Below, piece after piece: positions 10,491-23,165 of a stretch of DNA of 64,000 nt. Both the position numbers and the translations under genes were made by a program. Source of the stretch: Octopus sinensis (lineage: Eukaryota); NCBI RefSeq assembly GCF_006345805.1, contig NC_042997.1, positions 172,236,001 through 172,300,000 on the forward strand, read 5' to 3'. The notes below the pieces were generated by a model. It saw only the letters and a list, made by a program, of their open reading frames with translations. It did not search any database and had not been told where the DNA came from. How positions within the stretch are numbered: position 1 is the stretch's first letter; the number at the start of each line of letters is the position of its first letter.

Positions 10491-11269
10491 TCATGTATAT
10501 ATGGTGGAATATTTTGTCAACAACAGGTTGTTGATTCTCATCTTCAATTTGAGGCAATGATTTGAATTATGTGAGATATCTCAGAGTTGTCTCAAAGATG
10601 TCTCAGAATTCAAAGTATCAAAGACTTGCCAATTACACAGCTACAGTTGCTGGTAATGCAGCTGTAGAACATACAGTTATTTTACCATTGCCATCATAAT
10701 CTCCAAAGTCCCGTAGTGAGAGCATTTGAAAATCTAAACTTATTTACCAAAATGTGCAATCTTGCATGGCATAAAATCAGATATAACCTTTTTCTGAGAC
10801 AAATCCCTTCAGACAAACTAGATGTTGTAGCAAGAGTGTTTAAGATAAAATTTCCAAGAATTACCAAACGATATTTGCAAAATAAATATTTCTTAGACAT
10901 TAAGACATATTGGTGCTATATCAAATTCCAGAAAACATGATTATTTCATACCTCATATTTTGATCCTTTATCATGAAGAAGATAAATTTAATGACCCTGG
11001 CAAAATGAACAAAGTAATGTGTGCAGAAATATCTGGTCCATGTATGGAACCAACATTTCATGAAACCATTAATAAATGAATTATGCATGCTTTCTGTGAC
11101 AATCTAAATATTAACACACCATGCATGAAGCATTATAAATGTAGTCAAGGCTTCCCTAAAGAATTTGAGAAACATACTCAAGTGAATGTTGATGGATATC
11201 CAGAATATAAGAGGATCAAACAGCACTGTGCAAATCGGCAACAAATACAGATGACAACAGACACACTTC

Positions 11270-11790
11270 TCTTTATTGCATGGTTGTGAGGTTAAGAAGC
11301 TCACTTTGAAATCATGTGGTTTTTGGGATCAGCCCCCCCCCCCACTGCTTGACATCTTGGGCATGTATCTTCTACTATAGACTCAGACCAACCAATGTCA
11401 TGTGAGTGAGTTTAGTAGACAGAAACACTGTAGAAGCCTGTTGTGTATGTAAGTGTATGTGTGTGTATGTGTGTGTGTGTGTATGTGTGTATGTGTGTGT
11501 GTGTGTGCGTGCATGTGTACGTGTGTGTGTATGTGTGTGTGTGTGTGCACATGTGTGTGTGTGCACACGTGTGTGTGTACATGTGTATGTGTGTGTGCGT
11601 GTGTGTGTGCATGCGTGTGTGTTTGATTGCCCCTACCATACTGCAGTGTGTTAGTTTGTTTACAGCCCTAAAACTTAGTGGTTCAGCAAGAGACCAATAA
11701 TAAGTTTTGAGGTTGATTTGTTTGAATATACACTTTAAGTCAATGCCCCAACATGGCCAAAGTCCAGAGAGTGAAAGAAGTAAAAAAATT
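11270..11790 (+). mobile_element. Decayed CORE-type SINE with an expanded (TG)n
   Basis: Head, CTTGGGCATGTATCTTCTACTATAG core, (TG)n at 11445-11620 and tail. Confidence 0.7.
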
Positions 11791-12916
11791 TTTTAAATAA
11801 ATCAATATAGAAATATGATTTTCAAGGAAACACATCTTCAGATATATGCATAAAGAGCTACAATTTTGCAAATTTTTAAATTGATAAAATTAATAATGAT
11901 GACCAAGTAATTTTTCTCAATAAAATTATGTAATACTTAAGTACCAGAATGTTTCTGAGTTAATGACTTCTAGAAAACAAAATGTATAACAAATTTTGTG
12001 TAGTCGTATAAGAGGCACTTCATTTGAAAAATAAACAAAGGGTATTTTACTGAAGGAAATGAAAAGCAATTATTACAAACTACTAATTAAAACAAAAGTA
12101 CCTTCCTGACAACATGGTTCCTCTTGAATGAACAACATTTCTGGGAGTGAAGCTTGCACTGTTCATCCATTCCAATTTTATATTTTTGATAAAAAAGACT
12201 TCAGTAGTTTGACTCTGAGTCAAAACTATTGAAAATTTTGCAAGACGCAACAAAAATTTTAGGACAATAAAAATAAGAAAAACGTGGAAATTTTACCAGT
12301 GAGTGTGTTACATAACAAGGCACAAAAAGAACATGACTCTCCCCAGGTACAATAGAATATGCTTCAACACACGAACTCATATAATCTTGCAAACCAAATC
12401 CAAAAACAAGACTTCAGTAGACAAATCAAGAATCAGTGATGACAGTGGAACTAATACAAGACTCAGAATATTATTTTTGAAAGTAAAACAAGTTGTTAAA
12501 GTAATTAAAAAAGATTACACAGCAACAAAAATTTGATAAGTAATGGCAATAAATACATTAAAAAAAGTATGACTGAAGTTTCCTCCCATGAACTTCCTTT
12601 TCGTATCAGGCATTTGTCAATCGTGATATTGCTCTATAGATAATCCAAAACCCCCAAGGCAACTCTACCAGCATTTTGAAGAAAACATGATAAAATATTC
12701 CCCAAAATCAAGGTGCTTTTGGGGGGTGGGGTGGGGGGTGGGGTGGGAGGAATAAGAGCAATAAATAAATGCTTGTATTCAGTATGGAGATTGTGCAATC
12801 CTGAAATTGTTTTACCTGATTTCCGTCAGTAACGAGAACTAATCATACAAGATGAGACAAATGTCAGGAGTTTGAATTTGAAACAAGACATACTTAAATG
12901 TATTATACATACTTAA

Positions 12917-13137
12917 CCCTTTTGCTACCATATTTATTTTGAGATGCTCTGTGTTTCTTTCAATTACTTTAAATATAACAAAGAATTTAGTAAACTAACT
13001 TAGCTATCATTCAGCTAGTGTTAGGAACATAAATTGTGACTAAGGTTTGGTGGAAGATTTTAGTTTAAAACTTATGAAAACAAGACATTCATAAAACAGA
13101 GCCAGAGGCGGTTTCAGCCAGGCTGGTAACAAAAGGG
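12917..13137. mobile_element. piggyBac-like MITE
   Basis: TTAA|CCCTTTTGCTACCA ... TGGTAACAAAAGGG|TTAA: a 14-bp TIR and TTAA target duplication. Confidence 0.8.
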
Positions 13138-13430
13138 TTAAATGTTAATTACTTGTAGAGACACCATAATTCATTATGCAATCATAACATACTACAAAGT
13201 ATATTAAAATGTTTTATAAGAAAAATATTGAGTTCTGTTGTGTTAGCAGTGCTATTACATCACTTGTTAAGATTATCTCTTCATATTTTCTATAGAAATA
13301 TAGAAATTACAACCAGCATTGATTTGTTATGATGTTTTGTATCTGAATCAGCTGAGATAACCTTAAAAAGGGGCTTAATGGCACTGCTAACATGGTAGGA
13401 CACTGTATTAACTAATAAAGTGTTTAATAT

Positions 13431-13654
13431 GTTGTTGTATTTCGGAATGGTCATTTTGCCAGTTTAGCCAATAAAAACACATGCACTATATATTTGGTGT
13501 TACTTTGCTTCAGTGTTATTTATTTTTTACATTAATCTTAATTTTATTTCGGCCAGAGTTCTTTCGTCACACTCCTGTGACCGCATCAGTGGTCCTTTGT
13601 TTTCTTCTTTCTTATTTGTGTCTCTCCTTACTAACCATCAGCCATTTTGTATAT
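13431..13654 (-). mobile_element. 224-bp solo pseudo-LTR-like insertion with a 13-bp target duplication
   Basis: AAGTGTTTAATAT at 13418-13430 and 13655-13667; contains an HHR-like fold. Confidence 0.65.
13551..13595 (-). ncRNA. Variant type-I hammerhead fold (CUGAUGC-G core)
   Basis: GGACCA-CUGAUGC-G-[GUCAC AGGAGU GUGAC]-GAAAGAACUC-UGGCC. All three helices form, but C replaces the conserved A9. Confidence 0.5.
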
Positions 13655-14652
13655 AAGTGTTTAATATACTTAAATGTGTAATATACTCTTTTTGTATATT
13701 GTAGTATATTATACTTTTAGTATAGTATACTATATTATACTCTTTTCCCTACAGTATCTATAATGCATACATAAACGTATTATCACTGCAGCATCTATTA
13801 TACATAATTATATGTATTATCACTGCACTCAATGATGATCTGGCTGATCATAGACTCTTCTTCATTGATGGATCAGGAGGATCTGGCAAGGCTTATTTGT
13901 ATAATATTCTATGTAATTTGTACTATACTCTAATTGGCTACTTGAAGCAAAATGTTGCAAAAACTGTTCGCTTTTGTTCAACCAGAGGAATTGCAGCAGA
14001 TTTGTTATGTGGGTGAATGGTACACAGCAGATTTCAACTTACAGCTTCTGCCATGAATACATCAACATCTTACATGATAATTCCGGTTTTTAAAGCTACT
14101 CCTACCTCTTCTTCATCAATGAAGCATTAATGCTATCTTCCAATTGGCTTCAAATAATTAATGTGCTTTAAAAGAAGATAAAGAGGGATAGCAAACTATT
14201 TAAGCAAATTATTTAAGGCAAAGTTATTCTTCTTGAAGAGGCTTTCCATCAAGTAGTGAATGCAATATTAAGAGATTTAAGTGTTGATATAGAATCATGT
14301 GTCAGTAGTTACCATTTTGGAGATATGTGCAAAAATTATATCTAATTGGTTAACAAGTGATCAGCAACACAAGATGAATTCTCAATGTTCCTGCTTAAAA
14401 TTGGCAATGGAGCTTTACAAAAGGATGTAATAATGGCTTCGAGTAATGCATATGATAAAAAATCATGGAAAGGAAACTTGAGAAATATATGGTGAATTCG
14501 TCACAATGTCACACATGGAATAAGCAACATATAAATTTCAGCATAGATAGTCCTCAAACATCAAAAGCAAAGATGTGCTCATGTTCAGCATTTTATTATT
14601 GGATGTATTCTCGGTAATGTCACGCCAGACCAAAGTGTCACTTTGCAATTTA

Positions 14653-14860
14653 ATCATCATCAACATTTAACATCCATTTTCCATGTTGGCATGGGTTGGT
14701 TGACTTGACAGGAACTGACAATGCCAGGAGCTGCACCAGGTTCCAGAGTATGTTTTATTTTGGTTTCTACAGCTTGATGTCCTTCCTAACACCAGCCACT
14801 TTACGGAGTGTACTGGGTGTTTTTATGTGACACTGTCACCAATGCTTTTTATGTGGCACC
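14653..14860 (-). mobile_element. RTE-family 3' end fragment with (GAT)n tail
   Basis: CATCATC..TTTAACATCCATTTTCCATG..GATGTCCTTCCTAACACCAGCCAC; same as the terminus of the RTE at 36547-38205. Confidence 0.75.
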
Positions 14861-16052
14861 TGAAAAATCAGCAGTAAATTTTCCCTTTGACTTTTTGTAT
14901 GCCCAAATTTTACCAAGGATTCCCCTCCCATCATAGACTGAAATTAAAGAAAGTTTGCATAATATGGATTCTTTGAAACTTGAATCAAGTATTAAACTTT
15001 TTAATGATCCTCATCTGATCATCATGTCACTGCATGAGATTTGTATTCATACATTATATTTACAAGAAGACAAATCTAGCCCATACCAAGGATTATTTTG
15101 ACTTTAAACACAATTTAACTATTCTGGTTGGAAAGAAGAAACTTTCCTGTTATTTCTGCATTTTCAATGATGGTAAACAAATTGCAAAACTTTTAATAAA
15201 ATAGGTTTCTTCTTATTGTAACCTGTATTCAGCTATGTCCAATCTTATGTAATTCTGAGTACAATTTGGCTCTACAGATGGAAGGATACAAAAGTCAAAG
15301 ACCCTGGAAATCAAATGCCTCAACAAAAAATGCTGTCATCATGAAATTTTTACATTAAATATCTTATAATAAAATTTTGCATTGCTTTACTTATTCTATA
15401 ATTAAACGAACCTCATCATTTTTGATAGGTATAACTCAAGCATTTATGATAATGATGGTAATGCTAATCACTTCATGCTTATGTTATGGAGGTTGATTAA
15501 AGCACTGAAATGTAATTCTGATGTATGTAGACAATAGACAAAGATTTAGAATTTTTGTGTTCACATAATGTAACTTATGTATTGTATTGAAATATTTAAC
15601 ATTAAAAGTGTTTAAACGCTTTGTGTTTCCTTGGGCTACTAAAAATATGTATTATCATGTAGATTTTTTTGTGAGCATTCCATTGAGATGTGTAAGTGTC
15701 AGTATGCTGTGTTTATATGATCTATTAATATTCATATTTAAAATAAATGTATTCGGAAAGTCTATAATGATAGTTAAGCATGTGTTTTGAAACTTGGGAA
15801 GTTTTCCTGAGATAGATAATGTACAGTTGGTTCAAATGAATTACTGATATGTTTAAATGCTGACCTGATGAGTCTAGGTGATCAAAAATATGTTGATGTG
15901 GGTCTACAATATTTAGACAATCAAATAATACTTTGATTCATTGAGGTATTGAAGCAACATTGAGGATACCACTAAAGATTTCCCTTCATGTGCTGGTAAT
16001 CCAGCTTTGTAGGGCTTATTGACACTAGACAATAATTTCACAGGAAAATAAA

Positions 16053-16580
16053 TGTTAAGTTGTGTATTTCATTCTATGAAACGATGGTGATGGTCGTTTA
16101 GAGAATGCATGGGCTAAGACTACGCGCCTTCCCTAGTCAGTTAAGGTGAGACAGTGTCACGTGACAACTTGCTGGGGCTGTCTGCTGGAGCCTAGTGGCA
16201 GGTATTTAAAGGGAAAAATTTGACAAGTCAGTCAGTCACTGGCTGACACTTGCTGACGATACAGCAAAGAGGCCGTGAACAGAAGAAAGAAGAAGAAAGA
16301 AGACATGCACCCAACACCAGAGCTGAAGACACCTCCGAAAGGAGGGGCCCCGCCACGTCAAAATGGTAGAGGATTAGGGGCCAAAACTGGACGTGGTTCC
16401 TCCTGATGATGTCTTGAGCTGACTGGATCCTATAAAGGAGCTGTTGTAGTAGCAGACCACCAAACATGGTTGTAATTCCTCCTAATGAGGGTTGTAGCAA
16501 TGCTTTTGAATTGGCTCCAAATAAGAATTAAAATCAGGTTACTGGTTCAATTCTCTAGCAAACAGTTCCATTTTCTGGTG
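16053..16580 (+). mobile_element. Possible retroviral-type LTR followed by a PBS-like site
   Basis: A GC-richer non-coding island starting TG, with TATTTAAAG, an AATAAGAATTAAAA signal, ..ACA and then TGGTGCC. No TSD or partner LTR was found. Confidence 0.3.
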
Positions 16581-16739
16581 CCTACCCTAAAGTGTATTTT
16601 CGAAAGAGACACAGGCAGGGATTTGGTATAGAGCAAAAATATGCAATGAAAGTTTAGACAACCATTATTTCTATGGCTGTGTTATAATTGACATATTGAA
16701 TAATCAATAGGAACAGAAGTAATAGAAGTTTCTTTTCCT

Positions 16740-17335
16740 ATATAGTCCCAGGCTGAATAAAGCTTTGTGAGTGGATTTGGTAGGCAGAAACTGAAAGAAG
16801 CTCTCTACATATATGTAAATATAATAATAATGATAATAATGAAATTATTGTATACAGTGCTCAGGTGCACCACAACTTGTCAAAAGTGCATATAAAGAAT
16901 ATGCAGTAATGTACATATGTCTGGGAAGTGAACAGTGTATGAGTCAGATACATGCTTGCATGTGTATGGAGGAGAGAAAATCAGGTGTAGTGTTGGTGAA
17001 TCTCAGGAAGCATGGAAGTTTTGAAGGATGCAGTGCTCCGACAGCTAACAACTGATGCCAGCAGTTTGTTCCATGCTTCAGCAAATGTTAGCGTATGTAT
17101 ATGAATATGTATATATCCATTCATGTGTATCTTTGTGTCTGTATTTGTCCCCCACCATCGCTTGTAACTGGTGTTGGTTTGTTTATGTCTACATAACTTA
17201 TTTGTTCAGCATAAGAGATCAATTGTACCAGGCTTTAAAAAAATAAGTACTAGTGTCAATTTGTCTGACTAAGCCCTTCAAGACAATGCCCCAGCATGGC
17301 CAAAGTCCAATTACTAAGCAAGTAAAAGATAAAGT
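16740..17335. mobile_element. CORE-type SINE (+) split by a CR1/L2-like LINE 3' end (-, 16820-17090) with a (TAA)n tail
   Basis: The minus strand encodes FAEAWNKLLASVVSCRSTASFKTSML, a CR1-type C-terminus. SINE halves lie on both sides. Confidence 0.6.
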
Positions 17336-18051
17336 ATAGAAGGTAAATAACCAGAGAATTATCTTCAACAAGATTTTATTAATAAACCAAACATTTTTAT
17401 ATACGTAATGTACTATTTGTTGAATTTTTGTATGTTCTGTATGTGAATTAAGAAATAGTGACATTGCCAAAAGATGAGAGCTGTGGAATCTCACATAAAC
17501 GTAGGACATAGCCTAGGGTTACAACAAAAATAATCTCTAAGACAGAAAGTTATGGCATGAGAGTTACCTTATTAAATGTGTGCTTCACAACGCATAGCCT
17601 TCAGCCACAATAAGAAAAATCCCTATAAAGGGATGAACTTCAGGGGTTTTTATATGCTCGTTAAAACGTTTTGAAATATCCCTTAAGACTTTTAGGCGTG
17701 AATTTAATCTTTTCTTTTTGTCTGTCAATGCTTATCAAAAACTGATATCAAAGATAATTGGTCGGAAAAAATGTCGTTAGATGTTATAATAGAGCTTAAA
17801 GATATAGCCAAATTAACTCTGATCGACATTAGGAAATATTAATCTCTGGTAATATTAATCACTTGTAGCAATTATCTCTGGTCAACATTATCAAATATGT
17901 TATTATTAGTCAGCAGAAGCAATTTTCTGTAATCAACATTACCAAACATAATAATATTATTTGCTACAAGCAGTTTTGATTTCAAAACTTAAACATTCCA
18001 AGTTCAAATTCAAAGAAAGCTATCTGCTACACTTCTGTTGATGACAAAAGA

Positions 18052-18091
<40 letters not shown>

Positions 18092-18163
18092 CTCTCCCTC
18101 TCCCTCTCTCTCTCTCTCTTTCTCTCTTTCTTCCTTCCTCTTTCTCTCCCTTCCTCTCCTTAT

Positions 18164-18379
18164 CCCTTTAACATTTAAACCGGCCATTTCAGGCCCAAAC
18201 ATTCTACCTGTTTTCTGTTCAAACTGGCCAGATCTGACCTCTCACACCTACTCTACAATGTTATTCTCAAAATAAACAATCACATCATAAAAATCTCAAA
18301 GCTAAAAGATAACACATATTTCAAAACAATGTGGCTCAGTAAGCATCACTTTTCACAGAGTAAATTGAATGCTAAAAGG
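18164..18379. mobile_element. piggyBac-like MITE (second family; further pieces at 35270-35400, 35465-35680 and 50005-50560)
   Basis: CCCTTTAACATT ... AATGCTAAAAGG|TTAA; the body is shared with the other copies. Confidence 0.7.
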
Positions 18380-18429
18380 TTAACCCTTTAACCTCAAGGT
18401 AAACAATACTTAACATTCAAATATCAAGT

Positions 18430-18850
18430 ATTGTGGAAGATACTCAACACCAAAGCACCAATCTCAGAATCCCAGTTGTCCCCAACAGAGCAGTTTTGGG
18501 GGCATGCTCTGCCCTCATATCAATTCCAATTTCTCCAACATCCCTTCATCATCAAAAAATAAAGCTCCATGACAACTGTATTCATCATCTTAATCCATTT
18601 TGTTCTAAGTCTGTGTTGTTCACCCACAAGGCACCTACCAGGGGAAAGTCAGTTACCTGTGGGTTTGTCCTCATTTATGCCGTCGTTTGTATTAATTCTT
18701 TTATCCATTATTCTCATGATCAAGAAAGTGGTGATAAGGTGTCACAACCACCAGTATTTTTATTGAGACACTATCTCTAGAGGGGTTTGTCTCAAAAGAC
18801 TCAGAGGGGCCTCACTGCCCTTAAAAGTTTAAGTGAGCTATCCTGCACTG
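18430..18850 (-). mobile_element. Internally deleted R4/HERO-type RLE LINE derivative
   Basis: N-terminal RTKWIKMMNTVVMELYF is joined within about 30 nt to C-terminal KIGIDMRAEHAPKTALLGTTGILRLVL. Confidence 0.55.
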
Positions 18851-18914
18851 GATACCAACCCAATACTCTGAGTTCTGCAGCTGTTGAAATTCATATATAA
18901 ATTCAGTTACAAAT

Positions 18915-19195
18915 GTGAAGGATATCAGCAAAAAGATGGGCAACTGGAAGGCCCCGGGACCAGATGGAGTTCAAGGCTACTGGATCAAAAGACTTGGTGA
19001 ATGTCATGCACAAATTTCTGCACAACTCAGCACTTTGTTAAATGCCAACCAAGTAACACCAGAGTGGTTGACAATGGGCAGGACAGTGCTATGCTTGAAA
19101 AACAGCGAAAAATTGTAATACAGTAGACAATTACAGGCCAATATCTTGCTTGTCACTCATGTGGAAATTATTAACTGGGATAGTCGCAGAGTCAT
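18915..19195 (+). pseudogene. RT fragment of an older R4/HERO-type LINE
   Basis: [32 protein letters not shown], then [19 protein letters not shown] after a frameshift. Confidence 0.75.
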
Positions 19196-19218
19196 TATTA
19201 TTATTATTGCTGTTGATG

Positions 19219-19253
<35 letters not shown>

Positions 19254-19256
<3 letters not shown>

Positions 19257-22200
19257 TAGTTTTATTTTTATAGCGTGCTTTCACTTCACTACCGAGCACA
19301 GCTCTGTGTGCCTTGGGTATGTGCTGTGATTTGTTGTGATGCTCTGATGGTTATTGTATGGAAAGTGTTCTGCGTAGGATGTGTGCAGTGCCTAGTTGTG
19401 CAATTTTCTGTATGTTATATGTGTTGTAAGTCCTGGTGTTTTTGTTATGTATTTGTCTGAATATTTTTTTATCATGCCTAATGCACCTACTATGATAGGA
19501 ATTGTTTCTGTTTTCAGATTCCACATTCTAGTTACCTCTATTTCCAGGTCTTTGTATTTTGAGAGTTTCTCCATTTCTTTTAGAGACACGTTGTCATCAG
19601 CCGGTATTGATACATCAATTAGAAAGCATTTTTTTTCTTCATGATCTCTGACAACTATATCTGGTCTGTTGGCCTTAATTTCTCTATCTGTGTGTATCGG
19701 CATATCCCAGAGTATGGTTGCTTTCTCGTTTTCTGTGACCTTTTCTGGTGTGTGCCTATACCATCTTTTTTCTGTTGTGATTCTATAATGTTGGCATAGC
19801 TTCCAATGTATGTAGGTTCCAACTCTGTCATGTCTGTGAATATATTCCTTCTTAGCCAGGACTGGGCAGCTAGAGATAATATGATTTATTGTTTCTTGTC
19901 CATCTCCACATATTCTGCAGTTACTTGTAATATTTTTTTTCATTACATGTTTTTGGTAATTTCTGGTGGGGAGGCTTTGGTCTTGTGCTGCAATTAAAAA
20001 TCCCTCTGTTTCTGCTTTGAGTCCTGAGCTTCTCAACCATTGCTGGGATTTTTCTTTGTCTATTTCTTTTGCGTTTAGTTTAGTCCAGTATTTACCATGA
20101 AGGGGCTTTTCTTGCCATCGTTTTATCATGGTTCGTTGCTGTTCTATTTTTAGTTTGGATTTCATTTGTTTTATAGCTTTTGTTGTTTCTTCATCTTCTT
20201 CTTCTTCTTCTTCATGTTTATTAGGTGGTATGATTTCTTGTTTGTATTTGTCAGCTTCCTTAAATACTGAGAACAGTTTTTTGTTTTGCTCGTGTTTTGC
20301 CGCTATCTGGATCAGTTTTCCTTCCTTCTGAAGTAGATATTTTTGCAGTCCTATGGTGGTTATTTTATAGTAGTTTTCCAGCTGTATAAGGCCTCTACCA
20401 CCTTCTATACGTTGTATATATAGTCTTTCTATGTCAGATTTTGGGTGATGCATCCTAGATCCTGTCATTATTTTTCTTGTTTTCCTATCTATTTTGGTCA
20501 GTTCATTTCGTGTCCAGTTAAGGATATTGTAGCTGTAACTTATAACTGGGACAGCTAAAGTGTTGATACCTATTATCTTGTTTTTAGCATTGAGCTCTGT
20601 GTTTAGTATTGATCTAACTCGTCTATAATATTCTTTTTTTATTTTCTCTTTCATTTGTGTGTGTTGTGTCTTATCTAGTTCATGGATTCCTAAGTATTTG
20701 TAAGTTTGGCTTTGGTCTAATTCTTTTATTTCATTGGTTTTATCTAGTGTGATGTTGTTACTCTTAACTAGTTTTCCTCTTTTCAGGGTTACTTTGGCGC
20801 ATTTTTCTAATCCAAATTTCATATCTATTTCTTTGGTAAATCCATGAACTGTCTTTAATAGTGTTTCCAGCTGTTTGTCATTTGCAGCGTATAGTTTTAG
20901 GTCATCCATATATAAAAGGTGGCTGATCGTTTTGCCGTAACATTTATATCCGCATCCAGTTCTATTTAGCATATCAGATAGAGGTGACAGTGCCAAGCAG
21001 AAAAGGAGTGGAGAGAGCGTGTCTCCCTGGAATATTCCTCTTCTAATGGGGATGTCTTTGGTTTTCATGAGTCCCTCTTTTGTTTGGAGGTGTAGGACTG
21101 TTTGCCATTTATTCATAGAGTGCTCTATGAATTTTATGATTGTTGGTGCTACTTTGTTAATGGCTAGTGTTTCGAGGATCCATGTGTGGGGGATGCTATC
21201 AAAAGCCTTTTTGTAGTCAATCCAGGCCATACTGAGGCCTTTCTTCTTTCTGTGGCTGTCTTCAGTTATGGCTTTATTAATCATTAGTTGATCTTTACAG
21301 CCATATGAGCCTTTGCGGCATCCTTTCTGCTCTTCTGGGAACAGTTTGTTTTCGTCAAGGTGCTTGTTCAGCCTTTGTGATATCACTGCAGTAAATGCCT
21401 TGAACATAGTAGGGAGGCAGGTTATTGGTCTGTAGTTTTCTGGTTTTTCTGTTTCATTTGATTTGGGAATTAAGATGGTTTTCCCCTTCGTGAGCCATTC
21501 AGGCATTGTCTCTGGCTCTGCTAGTATGTTGTTAAAGTTTTCAGCCAGCTTTTTGTGCATTCCTGTTAGATATTTCAACCAGAAGTTGGGGATCCTGTCA
21601 TGCCCAGGTGCCTTCCAGTTGCTTAGTCTTTGCAGTGCCTAGGTGACCTCTTCAGTTGTTATGGGGTCCAAAGTTGTTCAGATGCCGAGTTTGTTATTCT
21701 GATACTCCTTTTTTTTGGTGGTTCGTTTGCCGACCATATTTCTCCCCAGAATTCTTCCAATTCTTCTGCCGTTGGTGCTGCAGTGACTTCTATTTTATTT
21801 TTTCCCAGTTCTTGGTAGAACTTTTTGGGGTTGGAGTTGAACTTTTTGTTTTCTTCAAAGAAGCGTTGGCGTTTCTTGTACCGGCGGATCCTTTGTGCTT
21901 TGGCAAGGATATCTTGCTTCAGCTTTTCTTTTATTTCAGGCAAATCTTTCTCTGTGATGTTATATTTGCGGAGTATTTTTGTTCTCTTTTTGTTGCTCAG
22001 TAGCGTTGATTGTTTGCTGATTTCATTAAGAATAGACAGATCTAATTTTTTTTATTTTGCTTTGGATGTTATTTATCCACAGGGTTTGTTTGGGTGGTGG
22101 TGCTACTGTTTGGGCGGGTTTGGGTGAGTATCCAGCTTCTTTTGTGGCTGCAGTGGCTGCTGCGTATATTAGGTTATTTAGCTCAGTGATATCACTTTTT

Positions 22201-22809
22201 TTTGATTCAGTGGTTATCAGTTCAGTGACGGCTAGGTTTATGCTGTTTATAATAGGTGTTGTTATTTCGTTTATTTTGATTCTTGGGAGGTATGGTCAGT
22301 GGTCCATTTTGAGCTCTGTGGTTTTCAGTTCTTTGATTATTTTATTTTTTATATTATCATAATCATTAGGCTCCCCTTCGTTGTTTACATCGTGTTTGTT
22401 GGGAATGTTGCGTTTGTCTTCGTGTTTTACAGTTTCAGTGTTTATATTATTGGGCATTGTTGTGTGGCTTCTATCTACATTTTCCTGGTGTATGTTTTCT
22501 TTTAGGTGTTCTATTTCTATTTCTGATATTTTTTTTGTGTTGAGAATGTATCTTCGAACGTTAGCTAATTTATTAGGGTTCATTGCTGTATCCAAGTCTA
22601 TATCTCTATTATTTTCCTTCCATATTTTATATGTATGTGTTGTTGTATTTTCATTTTTTAGGTAGAGTACTGCTGTGAAGTATGCGTGTAAGATAGAAAT
22701 GTATTCCTCACATGTCCATTTACGTCTTTTGGGTTTTATTTGTGGGACATGAGGTACAACGTCCGGCCCATTATTTTGACGGTCGTCATTTTCGTAGGGT
22801 ACCGGTCCG

Positions 22810-22810
<1 letters not shown>
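19254..22810 (-). mobile_element. Near-full-length R4-clade (Dong-like) RLE non-LTR retrotransposon inserted in (TAA)n
   Basis: A single-ORF layout of Myb-like, RT, CCHC and RLE domains, with (TTA)n directly at both ends (19222-19253 and 22811-22854). Dong-group elements are known to target TAA repeats. Confidence 0.9.
19351..22808 (-). pseudogene. Dong-like polyprotein; a 728-aa uninterrupted RT-RLE core at 19392-21578
   Basis: Motifs RRKWTCEEY, NWKAPGHDRI, NYRPITCL, IDYKKAFDSIPH, GIFQGDTLSPLLF, LYMDDLK, CRICGDGQETINHIISSC, RHD and RPDIVV..IDVSIP..EKLSKY. Lesions: TGA 22296-22298, TAG 21639-21641, frameshifts near 22045, 21662 and 19430. Confidence 0.9.
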
Positions 22811-22854
<44 letters not shown>

Positions 22855-23165
22855 GAGTGAGAGAGCAGAACATGCCATCAAAGTGACACTGGGGTAAAAT
22901 ATTCAAAGCCCAGTATACCCATCATGACTACCTGTCTGATAAGGGTACACCAGGCACATGCATCACAACCATACATGCGCGACATGGTGATCTCATATCA
23001 AGGCAAGAAGGTGGGGCCCAGTTAGAATTTTCTTCTGGTCGAGTAGCCCATCCCACTCAAAAGGTCCCTGAATAAGGATTGTTTAAGGATGTTGAATGAA
23101 CCACCCATGTTTCCAAAGGAGAATCATCAAATTCCTTTCAACACATGGCTATGATGCTCCCTCAC

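Larger units (their letters stand above)
10690..15080 (+). pseudogene. Decayed autonomous Helitron (Rep plus Pif1 helicase), interrupted by younger insertions
   Basis: Collinear remnants: NLFTKMCNLAWHKI, DVVARVFKIK, IKFQK, CAEI, MHAFCDNLNINTPCMKHYKCSQGFPKEF..DGYPEYKR, TFLTTWFLLN, LFFIDGSGGSGKAYLYN (Walker A), GIAADLL..HSRF, FINEA, GKVILL, FLLKIGNG. Confidence 0.75.

Noticed and set aside
15861-15900. Hammerhead at CTGATGAGTC
   Set aside because: It needs at least three changes (G12, 15.2 and helix I); at most a fossil.
16250-16430. CTGACGA, CTGAAGA and CTGATGA motifs as hammerheads
   Set aside because: None is followed by a helix II plus GAAA and a matching helix I. The CCTCC-GAAA-GGAGG hairpin has GAAA in the loop, not the core.
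19392-21578. Functional Dong-like retrotransposon
   Set aside because: Two stops and three frameshifts flank or clip the 728-aa core.
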